Positions 25,931 to 40,400 of a stretch of 64,000 nucleotides of DNA are shown in pieces. A model generated the notes under the pieces. It was not told where the DNA came from, ran no database searches, and worked only from the letters and a program-made list of their open reading frames with translations. The position numbers and the translations under genes were made by a program. The stretch is from Selaginella moellendorffii. Its lineage: Eukaryota; Plantae; Lycopodiophyta. Numbering within the stretch: position 1 is the first letter of the stretch; each line of letters opens with the position of its first letter. Where the stretch lies: positions 251,475 to 315,474 of the forward strand of contig NW_003314266.1 of the NCBI RefSeq assembly GCF_000143415.4, given 5' to 3'.

Positions 25931-28900
25931 TGTAAGCAATTAATTTTTCTATTCTACTTTAGTCACTTAACCACACCTCCGACCACTTGGAGGAGTCTCA
26001 CTCACAACCTCCATATGTCCTATTTTGGACTTGGGCTTGCTAGCCCCAAGAATGGCATCCCCACCACTTAACCTTTGCACTTGGTCCAAGTGCTCCACGT
26101 GTCCGATCCCATGACCGACACCCCAAGGTACCACCGACATATTGGCCCGTTACGCTAAGGCCATGCTCATTCATCTTGGTCATATCGGTGGTTTGACACC
26201 ACCTACATCACAGTCTCGTCTCTCAAAGACTGGGCCATCTGTCCATGAGTGATCATCCCAGATCCACTCCTTAGCATTTTTAGGATGCCTATAAACATGG
26301 GGAATAGCCTTCCCCAATATCCCCTTTCTGGTCCCCACCAAATCCCTTTCTGCCCATGGCCGTGTTCGCCAATACTGCCACTAAACCAAGGCCCATAGGC
26401 CCGACCACTAAGTCCCACGGTCCTCTGGGACTTCCTCCTCACATGACCGTATTCTTGGTCTTTACACTATAGGACGGCTCCTCTTCCTTTTCACAGTCTG
26501 GGACCTTGGGGCAACATTTTGGAACACTGTGGCCTTACGCAAGCTTCGCGGGTACTCTCCCCGCCTTCTGCCTTTGGGTGCTCTAGCCGTGGGCTTAGAG
26601 CAAGGTTCCGTTGAGCCACACCCGGTATCCAAGTAGGTAGTGCCACCCACACTTGGACTGGGAGTATCGGCTAGTCGATCTCCCGGGGGAACTAGAGCCG
26701 GCTCTTGAACACTTCACCAAGCTACCCCGCTTGTCGGTCTGTGTTCACTCTAGTCTTGGACTTCCCAGTGGGCAGCTCATCACCCAACACTGGGTACAGC
26801 CTTCCAGGGCCAAACTGGCCTTTCTTGGACAAACTGGCTCCACTGCAGTCCTCCCCCTTACTATACTTTTGGAGCTCACCAAACCCCCCAGGGTCTGGGA
26901 GACAAACGCTTTGGGCTTTCACCCTCTTAGACTCGAACTCGGACTCGGACACGGACTCGGACTCAGACTCGGACTTGGACTCAGACTCGGACTCGGGCTC
27001 GGGCTTGGTCTCAGCCTCGGCCTCGGTCTCGGTCTCGGTCCCGATCTCGGTCTCGGTCTTGGTCTCGGTCCTGGTCCCAGTCTTGGTCCCGGTCTCGGTC
27101 TTGACCTCGGACTCCATCTCGGACTCCATCTTGGGTCCATCTCAGACTCCATCTCGGGTCCATCTCGGACTCCATCTTGGATCCATCTCGGACTCCATCT
27201 CGGTCCATCTCGGACTCCATCTCGGACTCCGTCTCAGTCCATCTCAGACTCCATCTTGGACTCCGTCTTGGTCCATCTCGGACTCCATCTCGGTCCATCT
27301 CGGACTCCATCTCGGACTCCATCTCAGGTCCATCTCGGACACTTCCATGTGTTATATGTTAGTCCTTTTGGGTCCCTTTTTAGAGCCTCGCTTATTGCTC
27401 GCTTCGTGCTCATTCCTCAAGCACTTTGTTGGGAGTTCTACTCCTGCTCTTGACCTTTCAAGTCAGAGCTTTTAGTCCAAACGCGTTACGTTCGTTTGGC
27501 TTTCGCTTCAGCCACTACCACATGGCACCCTTCCGGCTTCACTTTGGGGCCTAGGGATTTTGTGTCTCACAACTCCACCACCCATAGACGAAGTTCGATG
27601 TCCTCATCAAACGGTAAACCCCCTTTTATAAAGTCACACCCGCATGTATTACCATTTCCATCCTTGGCACCCAGCCAAAGTTTGTCTATGGTTTGACACT
27701 GAAGGCTCACCATGCCTTGTCCATCCTCTAAGGAGTATAGTCTTTCCAACTTAGAGACTTATTCGACCACTTGTGGTGGTTTTCTCCGTTTATTGGTTTA
27801 GTCCTCACTAAACCCGTTAGAGGCACCTCCTCTATCTCAATCCCACTACTCCTTCTTGAGTAGTCTCAGTTTCCACCGATTGAACGTTTGCACTTTGGAA
27901 CTTTTACTTTTTGACTTCTTGAAGTCAATTTCCTAGGTGTCTCCAACACCTTGCTTTGCACATATTGTGCAACTCCACTTCCCCATCCTAGGAAGTTCTC
28001 TACTTGAGGGCACCATCATTCTCTCTTCTATTTCATGCCACCTTGGGCACTAAGTTCCAATTATCATACTTTGTGCTAGGGCTATCCATGGCCCTATTAT
28101 TTGGCTACTTTACTACTCCCTCCCTTGGAGCTTCCACTTTCGCTAAATCGGAGTAGTTGGGAATCCATCCTTGGAAACACATTGTCTTTCCCACAATTCG
28201 TCAGCACCCAACACATTAGTGTTCCTGGCTTAACTTTGCCTTTTAGATTCTTTCCCATGATTCCCATGGCTTTTTTCTTAGCCACTAGTCTTTTGCTCTT
28301 ATCCTTGATTGTTGCACCCAACAACATCGGATCACTACCTCCATTCTCGAGGTATCCTTTCGGTTCTATAGCAAAGACCTTGCTTTGCCAAGTCTAGAGG
28401 GTGTTCACCCCTAGTACGTCTCTTTAGGATTTTCTACTATGGTTTCTATCCCTGGCCCAACTTTGTGACCCTCCTATGGGTCTTTTATAGAGATTACTTT
28501 CTTCGAACTCACTATGCTATCGCATAGTCATAAATCATTTCCCTTAGGTGTTCTTCCCACTTGGTCACCTTGACCAAGCCACACCATCATCAATAGTTCA
28601 AACAAACACTTTGAATTAGGAATTTTATCCCTTAACCTCACAAAGACCTTGTCCTTGTTTTTAGCTATAAGATCACCTAGTGATCACATTTTGGCACCTT
28701 AACAGGTTTGCCAATAGGTATTAGGTCTTCCAGACCTTTAAGTTGTTGACCATGACCCCAAGGGCATCCCCCACACTTGGTAGTGCACCCAAGCCAGCCC
28801 TTTTGGCTAAGGGTCCATAGCAACTAAAACTGAGTGTCCCCATCTCATTCACCATGTCCTTGGTGCCACTTGCACCAAGTGTTCAAGTTACATATGTCGA

Positions 28901-31900
28901 GCCACACTAAGCAATCTAACCGTGCATCACGACTTTGAGGTATCCCTCACTTAGCAGTGTGCCCAAACCAATCTCCTCACTGAGAGTCCATGACCACCGA
29001 AAAATGAGTGTCCTCATATTCCAAACCATCACCACGCCCTAGTGATTTAAGACTCAAACCCAAGCACTAAAGGGTCAGGATTTGAACCTAACCTCCGTAT
29101 ATGCATTTACGAATGGCATCACACAGGATGCCTAGCGTGACTCCCCACGTTGGTGCACCAACTTATACTTAAAGCGCACTATAGATCACAGCTTAAGAAC
29201 CTAGTTCCTCCACACTGCCAAGTCCTCTCACTTGACAAGTCTATGATCATGCATGGACTCCTCCATGCTCGGCCCCATGGGCCATCCCTTTTGAAGTTAG
29301 CACCTTCAACTAGGGGATTTGTTCCCCTGACTCGCCAATCTCACTTAGCAAGTCATCCGGCCACCGTAACATGGTTCATGTATAAGCGTGAAAGTCTTTA
29401 ACCATCGACTTTTGTTTAAAGCCCTCTCTTTGAACACTCGGGAACTACTTCCCCAACCTTGATAGCCTCGCCTCATAGCCAGCTTCAAGACCATGCTTTT
29501 GCTGCGCCACTCTGATTTCGCGCGCTCTAGGAACTATTTACACTTGGCTTTCTAAGTATTTATCTACTTAGAATTGTCTTTGGGAAACTCCAAGAAACTC
29601 TGTTCTTTAGCTTACTAAGGCTTCTCTTTTGCAAGCTCCCTACTCACCATATGGTCCAACATGGATAATTCCATATTTTAGACTTTCCATAGCACCACGG
29701 TTGCTAGTAATAACATCCTCAAGCACCCTCTTGATTCTCCACTCCCAATTTGCATAACCATCGTTAGTTAAGCCTTTTGATTTCTATGGTTCAATTCCAT
29801 CCTAATACTACTTGCTTTTTGGCCCCATATGTTTCCTTTGGTTATTCTCCTCAAGACTAGGAGGATAGCTTTGCACATTTTACCATGCCTTAACAAGTAT
29901 TCATAGGAATGAACCTACCCAATAACTTAGGGAGTGGTTCTTCAATTTGGGCATGTTCAACTTATAATCCCATACACCGAGATTATTGTTGCTACTTATG
30001 GGCCTTGATATGCCCATCACTAACCTTGCCAAAATCCCATCTTTGGCTTTATCCAAATCGGGTAGACAGATTCTTCCCGTCTCCACAACTTTCGACGTTT
30101 GGATGGCATCTCCTATCCATCATTCGCTAGAGACTTAGTCCCTTGGGCCTTATTTATTGCCCTCACGACACTAAACACCACCTCCTGGTGTTCCAGAGTG
30201 TTTGGGTGTCCCAATGATGGTCTCCTTGATAATGAGCATTCTTTTTTCGACATTGACTCTCTATATCGCAACATAAGCAATTTATCCCTCGTAAGAGTAT
30301 ATCTAACTTCCTTATGCCATTAAAAAGTCTTGGGTAGCTACCTTCTACTTGTTTAACCAATTACCTTGCACCTTTTGCTTAGTTGCCCCATAGTTGTCAA
30401 GTCCTACAACTCATTATTTGGTGCTTCCACACCTCCATCATTATCTGGGTCACCACACTCTAACCACATGCCTTCCGGCTTATGCTATGCCATTCCCTTG
30501 GCAAGGGGTTCCCATGAACCCATCAATATAACCTCAAGGTATCTCACTTTGGCATATTTGGTGTCTCCACACCAACAACTCCACGAGCCTACCTCTATGA
30601 CATTTCTTACTTGTGTCTAGGTCTTTGCCAAGACCAAAGCAGTAGTTTTTCATGCTAACTATCAGTTAACACTGCACCATAATGTTCACACACAACTTGA
30701 TGCCAAAGTTGCTTTTTTTTTGGGAAACACCTTTCCCATGACTTTAGTATGGCACATTCTGCCATCGATGAGATACCCTCTGTTCTCATACTTAGATTCT
30801 ATGATCCCCCCCCATCCTTCGTGGGGTACAACACACTTCAGTCCAAATGCTTCCATCAATCCTTTAGGATTATTCCTTAACTCTATTTGAGTCATCCAGC
30901 TTTTTGGACTTTTTCATTTGATGACCCGTGAGGTCCTACCTTTGAGGTGCCAACTCATTGGAATACAACTTCTTGTATTCAGGTCCTACTTACAAGGACT
31001 ATCCTTGCAAGTGTTACTCCGACATTTGATTTGTTCCCTTGGGGCAATTTTTTGCCCCTTAAGACCACTTGTCTATGTGATGAGAATACCAACTCATTCT
31101 CTGAGTACACCCCCAACTCTTTGGGTTGTTTCAGCATTTATTAAAGGTAGCTCCAACTACCATTTCAAGGACTTGTGTCCTTTTCCATATTTGACCTCTT
31201 GTGGTCATTACTTCTGATTTCACATTGATGAGCACCAACCTCAACTATATGAGGATAATCTTATGACTCCTTTATTGCTTTGGAGTCTCTATCTTTCCCG
31301 TGATCCCAACTATAGTTGTTTACCACAACTACATTAGCCAGTTGGCTATATCAAACACTCATCTAGATCACATCCTCAACTTTCTGAGGAAACCCTTATA
31401 TTGTTCCCAAGATCCCAAAGTCGTTTCTTTACTGGCCCCTTTTCTATCCACCACATCGCGCCCAAGTTCACGCATGAACTTGAGTGGAGAGCCATGTCCT
31501 CTCGACATGCTACTCCTCAAGGATAGGCCCACACTTAGGACCTTCCGATGCCAATATCAATGGTGATATACTTGAGCACCAATAAAAGTTGGACTAAGGA
31601 ACTGCTCCGATACTAAGTTGTAAGCGACTAAATTTTCCATTCTACTTTAATCACTTAACCACACCTCCGACCACTTGGAAGAGTCTCACTCACAACCTCC
31701 ATATGTCCTATTTTGGACTTGGGCTTGCTAGCCCCAAGAATGGCATCCCCACCACTCAACTTTTGCACTTGGTCTAAGTGCTCCACGTGTCCGATCCCAT
31801 GACCGACACCCCAAGGTACCACTAATATATTGGCCCGTTACGCTAAAGCCATGCCCATTCACCTTTGTCACATTGGTGGTCTGACACCACCTACATCACA

Positions 31901-33185
31901 GTCCCGTCTCTCAAAGACTGGGCCATCCGTCCATGAGTGATCATCCCAAATCCACTCTTTAGCATCCTTAGGATGCCCATAAACATGGGGAATAGCCTTC
32001 CCCAATATCCCCTTTCCGGTCCCCACCAAATCCCTTTCTGCCCATGGCCGTGTTCGCCAACACTGCCACTAAACCAAGGCCCATAGGCCCGACCACTAAG
32101 TCCCACGGTCCTTTGGGACTTCCTCTTCACATGACCGTATCCTTGGTCTCTGCACTATAGGATGGCTCCTCTTCCTTTTCACAGTCTGGGACCTTGGGGC
32201 AACATTTCAGAACACCATGGCCTTACATGAGCCTCGTGGGTACTCTCCCCGCCTTCCGCCTTTGGGTGCTCTAGCTGTGGGCTTAGAGCGAGGTTCCATT
32301 GGGCCACACCCGATATCCAAGTAGGTAGTGCCACCCACACTTGGACTGGGAGCATCAGCCAGTCAATCTCCCGGGGGAACTAGAGTCGGCTCTTGAACAC
32401 TTCACCAAGCTACCCCACTTATCGGTCCGTGTTCACTCTAGTCTTGGACTTCCCAATGGGCAGCTTATCACCCAACACTGGGTACAGCCTTCCAGGGCCA
32501 AATTGGCCTTTCTTGGCCAAACTGGCTCCACTATAGTCCTCCCCCTTACTATACTTTTGGAGCTCACCAAACCCCCCAGGGTCTAGGAGATGAACGCTTT
32601 GGGCTTTCACCCTCTCAGACTCGAACTCGGACTTGGACTCGGACTCAGACTCAGACTCAGGCTCGGGCTTGGTCTCGGCCTCGACCTCGGCCTCAGTCTC
32701 GGTCCTGATCTTGGTCTCGGTCTCAGTCTTAGTCCCGGTCCCAGTCCCGGTCCCGGTCTCGGTCTCAGTCCCAGTCTCCTTCTCAACCTCGGACTCCATC
32801 TCAGGTCCTTCTCGGACTCCATCTCGGACTCCGTCTCGGTACATCTCGAACTCCATCTCGGACTCCGTCTCGGTCCATGTCGGACTCCATCTTGGACTCC
32901 GTCTCGGTCCATCTTGGACTCCATCTCGGACTCCATCTCGGGTCCATCTCGGACACTTCCACGTGTCATGTGTAGGTCCTTTTGGGTCCCTTTTTAGAGC
33001 CTCGCTTATTGCTCACTTTGTGCTCATTCCTCGAGCACTTTGTTGGGAGTTCCACTCCCACTCTTGACCTTTCAAGTTAGAGCTTTTAGTTTAAATGTGT
33101 TACGCTCGTTTAGCTTTCGCTTCGGCCACTACCACATGGCACCCTTCCGACTTCACTTTGGAGCCTAGGGATTTTTTGTCTCACA
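25931..33185 (-). mobile_element. Complete non-autonomous (LARD-like or decayed) LTR element with ~1.6-kb LTRs
   Basis: LTRs at 25931-27571 and 31619-33185 (TGT..ACA); degenerate Met PBS at ~31604-31615; PPT at ~27572-27584; flanks CACAA/CACAT (TSD with 1 mismatch); 4-kb interior without a recognisable pol ORF. Confidence 0.88.
26930..27340. repeat. LTR minisatellite: hexamers (GGACTC/GGTCTC) followed by 11/12-mers (GGTCCATCTCG / GGACTCCATCTC)
   Basis: Directly visible; also at 32615-32950, 54440-54965 and 62380-62630. Confidence 0.9.
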
Positions 33186-34438
33186 CACATCTCATTGCAA
33201 ATCATCTCTCCAAGAAGAGAAAATAATTTACATATTTGATCTTTTGTCTTTGAGGACTTTCTTTTTAGTCTCATCTTTGACCAAACCTCAAGTTTACTTT
33301 CGCATTGCCTTTAGTTCAATCCAAGAAAAGTTTATGAAAGAGTATGGCAATGAATATTTGAACTAATAGACTAATCCCTATAGTCTTGATTGATCCACTT
33401 ATAAATATGCCTAAGAAGGATCCATTAGTGCCGTGCTAAACAATTATGAACTAGCCTATTCGCCACTCATAGCAAACCCAGCAGAGGTTTACTTTTTCCC
33501 ATGGTACATAGAACAATTCACAGAATCACCATTAGGCTAACTTAATCTTGTCAACTCAAAGTGTAACTTTGAATTGCTAATGTGCCTCACTCACGAGCCC
33601 AAGCACAAACTTGTGCAAACAGAACAACTCAATCTTTCTTATGAGCCTAAGAGCAAGCTCACATAATATGGTATAAAAGGTAACCAAAATCCATACCTAA
33701 GGAACAAATACAAAATTTTAGCACCCAAACGTGTATCCATTTGGATCATTGTTTTCATCTCTACATATGTAATAAGACTAGTTACCTAGTCTCATTGGAT
33801 AGTACTTGTTGAGATATATTCTTTGATGCTAAATGTAGCACACATGGTTTTCACTCTTTATTCTATGGTGATTTACCATAGGATAACCATAAAGCAGAAC
33901 ATAAACCCTCTATATGCCATGTGTCACATTCCATATGCCACATGCCACATGTCCAAAAGACAACAGAGTGGAACCTGAGTTTTAGGGTCTTGGGCCACTA
34001 AATGAAGGAACAGAGCCAAACTTTTAAGCATAGAGCCAAGGAGTGACAAAACCGGATCATGGAGCAATTTTGAAGTATACAATTTAAGGAGTGAAAGGAC
34101 ACGAGCATGAAACGACTTAGAACAGTCCTAGAGCATCTAGTATCCCAATGCCAGGACTAGTATGCAAAATGGAGCTAAACAAAGTTTAGTGTTATTTCAG
34201 CATACTAGTGGTCTCATATGAGAATATGGGTATTCCACCAACTAATATGGTATGGAACTTGGGCTTAGCCCTAAGTCGGACATAAAATAAAGACAAGCAT
34301 ACAAGCAGAAGTTATACTATGCCTCAAGTTGGTTGGCCATACCCACCCTCCCCTCCTCCCCCCCTCCCCCCCTCCCCCCCTCCTACAGCTATAGATATTA
34401 TTCCTTCATTCAAAAGATTTTTTAAGGTTCTTGAGAAG

Positions 34439-34686
34439 ATGGGAAGCAAGGAAAATACAAGATCTATGAGTAAGAGTTGTAATGCAAAGGAATGTGAAAA
34501 TACTAATTTTGTTTCACTACCACAATCTCCATATTACACTCTTGGTCCTTATTACCCATCTGGGAATGTGAAGACCACTATCATGATTGATAAAAATGTT
34601 TCTATTACTTCTGAAACAACAGTCTAGAGCAAGAGAAATGAAGAAATGAATAGCACAGTGGAAAGCATCAAAAAATCTACTCTATA
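34439..34686 (+). pseudogene. Decayed homologue of the small ORF at 49350
   Basis: FVSLPQSPYYTLG...SITSETTV*SK aligns with YISLPNSPYYTPG...PVTSETTIQSK; a TAG replaces Q at 34625. Confidence 0.65.
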
Positions 34687-36289
34687 AAACTTTCTATGAC
34701 ATTTGTAATTTACATATTAATTCATATTAAAAACTCTGTTGCCTGTCTATATTGCAATCCTCTCATATGATAAGACCAAGGTATATTTTTGCAATGAATC
34801 CTTATTAAAAGTTTTTGGGAGTTGTTTGTAAATAATAATAAAAGAAATTGAAATCTTTTGAAAGACTCAAAAGTAATATCATATCAAAGAATCAACTTTA
34901 TCTACATTTCCAAGGCTGAAAGGCAATCTCACACGAGAAAATGGTAGCATGCCAACGTGCTCTGCCACTATAATATAGTTTATATTTCCTTGCAGTCTAT
35001 TTCCTTAGACATTTGGCATGTGTAGAAAAGAATATATGTGTAGTAAAGTAGGATTTCATCATAATGATAGAGCATATATATACACGATAATCTAAAACTC
35101 TAGAAGCTCTTATGTTTACAAGCAAGCTAGTATTATGAAGCCCCATTTCCAAGATTGACATTTAAAGAATCTGAGTATTGTCAGTGTCATAATAAATAAA
35201 CCTCATTCCCAAGACTAAAACTTAATATATAAACTATTTAGAAAAGTTATAGTTATCGTAGTTTTTTTGTTCTCCTTGAGCTCCTTGGAAGTTTGTATTG
35301 AAATGGCTCGAAGGAAAGTCATTGCTACTCGTACTTGGCCTCTTAGCATTTCATATCAATCTCCACTTGCATCCCTAAGTTCTACTAACATTCCACCTTC
35401 ACCTCCATATAACAATCTTTTTTCTACTGAGGGCTCTAGTGAAGCTAAATTAGAGTTCCCTATATGTGAAATTCCGAATCTTGCTACTAGAGAGGGATTG
35501 CCTCTAGCGCTTCAAGAGCAATGCCACATGTTTTTGCAAGATCTTGCTCTTGATATGGCAAGACTACTTGAAAGCATAGAATGCTATTACATTTGGTGTC
35601 AAATATGTTACTTTTTCTTGGACAAGACAAATAGCTCTATGGGTTTACAAACTTTTCTTGAGCACTATAGGAATTGCCTAACGGCGGTTTTGGAAAATAT
35701 GCACGTATGGATGTATAATAGATTCAAGAATGAATTATAGACACATACCCACTATCACTTCAAGGTGAAGAACAACATCCCCTTGGGAAACACTGTATCG
35801 GCTAGTGCAAAATATAGGGTTTTTAGGCCACCCTACAGTGGAATGTCAGATCTAGAATTACTTTATTATACTATAGTATTGTCACTATTAAAAGAAAAAA
35901 TATAATAAAATAATATTAGTTGTAGGTAACATACTTTGTTTTAGAAGGTGCTATCAGGTGAGAATGATAATTTGCAATTATGATATTTGACACTAACACT
36001 GACACTGACATTTAACACTTTTACTGACATCTAACGCTTTTATTGACATTTGATATATAACAAGTTTTTCATTTTATGTAAGGATGCAATTAACTTTCTT
36101 CTACCTCATCATTAACATAATGATTTCTTTTATGCTTCCTCTTATATTGGTATTGTGGGGAAGATTCACCTTGCATATGTTGAGCCATAGCTCCTGCATA
36201 GTCAAGGAGATTTCCAAAGCCTCCAATTCTAGAAACTCTAGGTGACAATGATCTATAAAATAGATTGAAATTTTAATAAACATAATTTA

Positions 36290-37023
36290 CCTCCTTGAGG
36301 TTGGAGGCAACTCACAAAATCCTCTGAGCTGGTGTTTGAAGAAATGATGTTCTTCAATAGCAAACATCGACCTACCAGAGTCATGTGTTGCCTTCATCAT
36401 AGAACCGCTAGCTGCTGTGCAATCAATCACAACACCATCTGGTGGGCAATAGAGCTCAAGCAAGACTTGCATTGCCAATGGAGTTTGAAATCAATACTCT
36501 GGAAACGTGTTGCGGATTTGCTCATCCACAAGGTTGGGTATGATGTTAGTGGAACTATCGTACCCAAGCAAAACACATGTTGCACGTTCGCTATCATGAA
36601 ACCCATCATGTGTATTTCTGCGGAAGGTATGATAGGTCCACATCATAACCTGAAAAATAAAAATGTTTAGAAATTAGATAAAAATATAAAATACATACTC
36701 ACCTTTTCAGACTTCTCTTGGACGCCCCTCATATCGACGCCAATAGGATCCATGATGTATCCGAAAGAGAATGACTTGAAATGAACTTCTGCTACACATG
36801 TCATAAACTCATACATCCAGTTGGGGTCGTTTGGTAGGATGAAGATGACATGGCCAACTTCGAGCATAAATGCTTTGGACAATAGGAATGCATTGCGTAT
36901 GTGGTCAAGTGTGAGAAAGTTCCAATCCTCAACTTTCCCATTGATATCTAAAAGACCATCTGGAAAGTCGAAGAGAATGAAGTCTACAACTGGGAGTAAA
37001 GGCATTTGTATCTTTTGGCACTA
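36290..37023 (-). pseudogene. Beta-class DNA amino-methyltransferase (N6A/N4C type)-like pseudogene exons, cut by the TIR element
   Basis: VDFILFDFPDG (degenerate DPPY motif IV) precedes LLELYCPPDGVVIDCTAASGSMMKATHDSGRSMFAIEE (motifs X-I-II); 53-nt GT-AG intron at 36702-36650; in-frame stops. Confidence 0.6.
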
Positions 37024-37454
37024 AAGCTCTATTTCGTTAAAGTGGGAATTGTCATTATCCCACTTGTAAAATAAGGTTTCCAAACCTTTATATAGTATAT
37101 AAATATAACAAAATTCAACTGCATTGAGGCACATGCCATTTTATTTTAAACAAGGAAATGTCTACTCAATCACTTCTCACTGCTTCACCTCTCTCTTCTC
37201 CTTGTCATCATCGTCCAATTTCTTTCCATCCTTTTAATATTGGCTCAGTTGCTCCGAGTCTAGGTGGAGCCCAAGTCCCCATTCAATCTTTACTTTCCCC
37301 TTATTAATAAAACAACTTCGTAGACTTCCAATAACATGCTGTAACACTTCTAGTATAATGCAAATCCTCTCAAAGAATTGTCTTTTAATATTAATACAAT
37401 GGCATGGAACCCCATGCCATAATAAGTTACATTTTTAAATAAATACATGCCATC

Positions 37455-40400
37455 TCAGACTGTTATTTTTTGCCTCCAACGCCTATACAATAATCTTGGA
37501 ATTTCATCACTCTCCACACTATCAGGATTTAAACCCAATAGTAATGCCATCTCTTCTCTAATACGTCCACGCTCATGTTCAGTGGTCGAAGAACCCATCC
37601 GGTTGAGCAGATTATGGAGATGCGGATAGTGCTTGGCTAGACAATATACATGCCATAAATGATGACTGGTGTCTGTCCGATCAAATGGCTTCTGATATAC
37701 CGTTCCATCTGCCATTTGGTTGATTTCTGCAGCCACCTCCTGGACTGGCCGGTTCTCTATCACCATCGCTTCAAGCCGTTTTGCAAGGTCCCCCAGAACA
37801 TACGGTTTCTTCTCCCTAGTTTCCATACTGCAAGAGATGGGGTGCACTGCATATGTGTGCGTGTTCGCTGCAGTTTTAATCGGCGAGTCATCGATGATGA
37901 GGATTTCACTTGACCTAGCAGTCCGGTTCATCACTACAGCCTCTGCCTTGACGAAGATGGGCTTGCTACCCCTCACATGGACCATAGTCAAGCAATCCTC
38001 CTGCGTTAGGAGAAAGTCAAATGGTAATATTACTCGCGTCTGATCGTGCATCATCTGTAGCAACGTTAATGCATTGTGGCGCATCATGGATGTCCAAACT
38101 CCCAATTGCAAATTGAACCCGGCCCTCTGTTTTAAGTGTCGCATGGTCATTATTAGATCCCGCAGTTTCTCCCGTGTGATTAATGTGAATCTGTCTCTTT
38201 TGACCAACTTGCGACCGCAGGCTTTGGAGGGTGCAGTGACATTCGAGGACGAGCCACGTTCATGGGAGAAAAGGACACCGTTCAGATAAAAAACGATACA
38301 GTACTTTCGCCGTGACTCTGAAATGAAATGCGTTAGCATAAAAAATGGTACAAGTCAATTTTACCATCTACAATATTAGCGAATGGTGCTCCCGATGGTC
38401 GTTCAGAGGGTTTTGGTCGAGGAAACGTGAAGGGCGGAAATACTCTCCTCTGCAATGTGGGGTCAATCGCATCCGATGGCGTGTGGGCACATGCCATTTC
38501 AGCTGTAGACTCTGGTACAACTGGCTCAACAGTGGCATGGGGTGGTTCCGATGGCGTGTGATCACACGCCATTTCAGCTGGTGCCTCCGTTGGCAAAGTG
38601 GACATGACCGAACAGGCAGCAGGGGCGGTGTAGGGAGGTTCCAACGGCGCGTAGTCAGACGATTGGGCACACGTTGGAAATGAGGATACGACCGGCTCGG
38701 CGGCTGGGGCGGCCTCATGCGGGTCCAATGGCGCCTGGTCACCGTCAGTTGGATACGTGGACAAGATTGACTCAGTGGTATGGGCAGCATCAAGTGGAGC
38801 GTGGTCAGCTTGCTTGGCGTTGATATGGATAGTAGCCTCCACCAGCTCTAATGACTCTTGCAGGCAAGTAGAGTCCACTGGCGGATCCATATGCATGTCC
38901 AAATATCTCCCTTCGATTGAGATGGTATCCTCCCGTGCTACTAAAAACAAACTCATTAGCACATTGAATCGACTATACTGTATTTACCATCAACTGCTAT
39001 TGAGGAACTAGGACCGATATCACTTGGGCGCACTGCTGATTCTGAAGGATTGGACATACGTTTCGACCCTTGCTTGGCACTATCCTTCCTCGACACTAAA
39101 GGCTAGAGTTTGTATCTTAATTCAACTGAATAATCTCTACTTACCATTTCTTCTGCGACCTACATGGACAATGTTAGAAATGGTAAAAGGTTAGGAATGG
39201 ATGTACTATTATTTACCTGATGGTTTGTCTTGTATGACCTTCCTCCGCTGCTCTTTGGCCACCTCAGGCTGGCCATCATCGTCATCATCGTCATCGTCGT
39301 TATTGTGATCGTCACCATTGTGAGGACCATCCAAGTCCTCTTCGTCCTCCTCTTCTTCGTCCTCCTCTTCTTCGTCCTCCTCTTCGTCCTTCTGCTCTTC
39401 CTGCTCATTATCTTTCTCTGGCTCCTCATCCCCCTCTTGCATTTCTTCCATAGGCTGCTCAGGCTGGATTGCTTGTTTTTCCAGGACCATCTTGGAAAAA
39501 TCATCTGGCCGAGTCTCCATCTCAAAATACAAGACATCCATAGCCTGTTTTAGTGCGTGACCTAGGACCGTATCCTCACCCGACTGTCTTAACATGGTTT
39601 CTGCACGTTCTTGCACCCTTCGAAGACGACGAGATGAGAAAAACGTGGCCCTGACTTGAAAAGCATCCCTCATCCATTGTACCTCTCCATTGAGATTGGG
39701 GAAGGGGAGTCCGCCATAGGAATCTGAGTCAGAAGGTGGTGACTGGCTCCTTTCACTCAGCCCTTGATCTGCAATGAATGGCATGAGCACACATGCCATA
39801 ACCGCGAGGCATTACCTATCATCTTTTCGTTGCCCTTCTTCCTTTTCGAATCAAACGCCTCTGATCCCGACGACTGTCCAACGTGCTTTCGCTTTTTATG
39901 ACCACTGTCAGTTTGAGCTTGGCTGGTGCTTGCCTGTTTTGCCTTTGAAGAAGTGTCTCCTGCAAGGAATGGCATGAGACCACACGCCATTGCAAATATA
40001 ATTTGTACCTCCTTTTTTCCTATTGCTTGTCTGTTTGTCCTTCTTCGACGCGCCACCAGTGCGCTTTTCAGTCCTCGTGTCTGAATATTCACAACGATCT
40101 ATAATCAAAATGGCGTGAGGCCTCACGTGACCTTACCTTGTGCAGGTTGTGACCTCGGCCTAACATCAGTAGCTGTTAACGCCGTTTCAGCATCTGGGGG
40201 TGGCCACGCTCCTGCATACAGAGCTTGTGAGATAACATTTAAACTTAAAGTGCGTACTCACCAGGTTCGTAGAGAAGATACTGTTTTTCTTTGGCAACTG
40301 TAATTATATGCTCCATTGAAGTCACCTCTTCAATGGAGTTTGTCACCGCAACACACGGGACACCCTTGAGTAGTGCGGCTTGAAAGAATAGTCCGCTGCA

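Noticed and set aside
26653-27475. Long ORFs in the LTRs (also 32419-33067, 54105-55257, 16554-16893, 62236-62677)
   Set aside because: They are open in several frames on both strands because the minisatellite lacks stop codons; the products are low complexity.
35267-35740. 157-aa ORF
   Set aside because: No motif recognised; it lies in decayed AT-rich TE sequence, so no product call can be supported.
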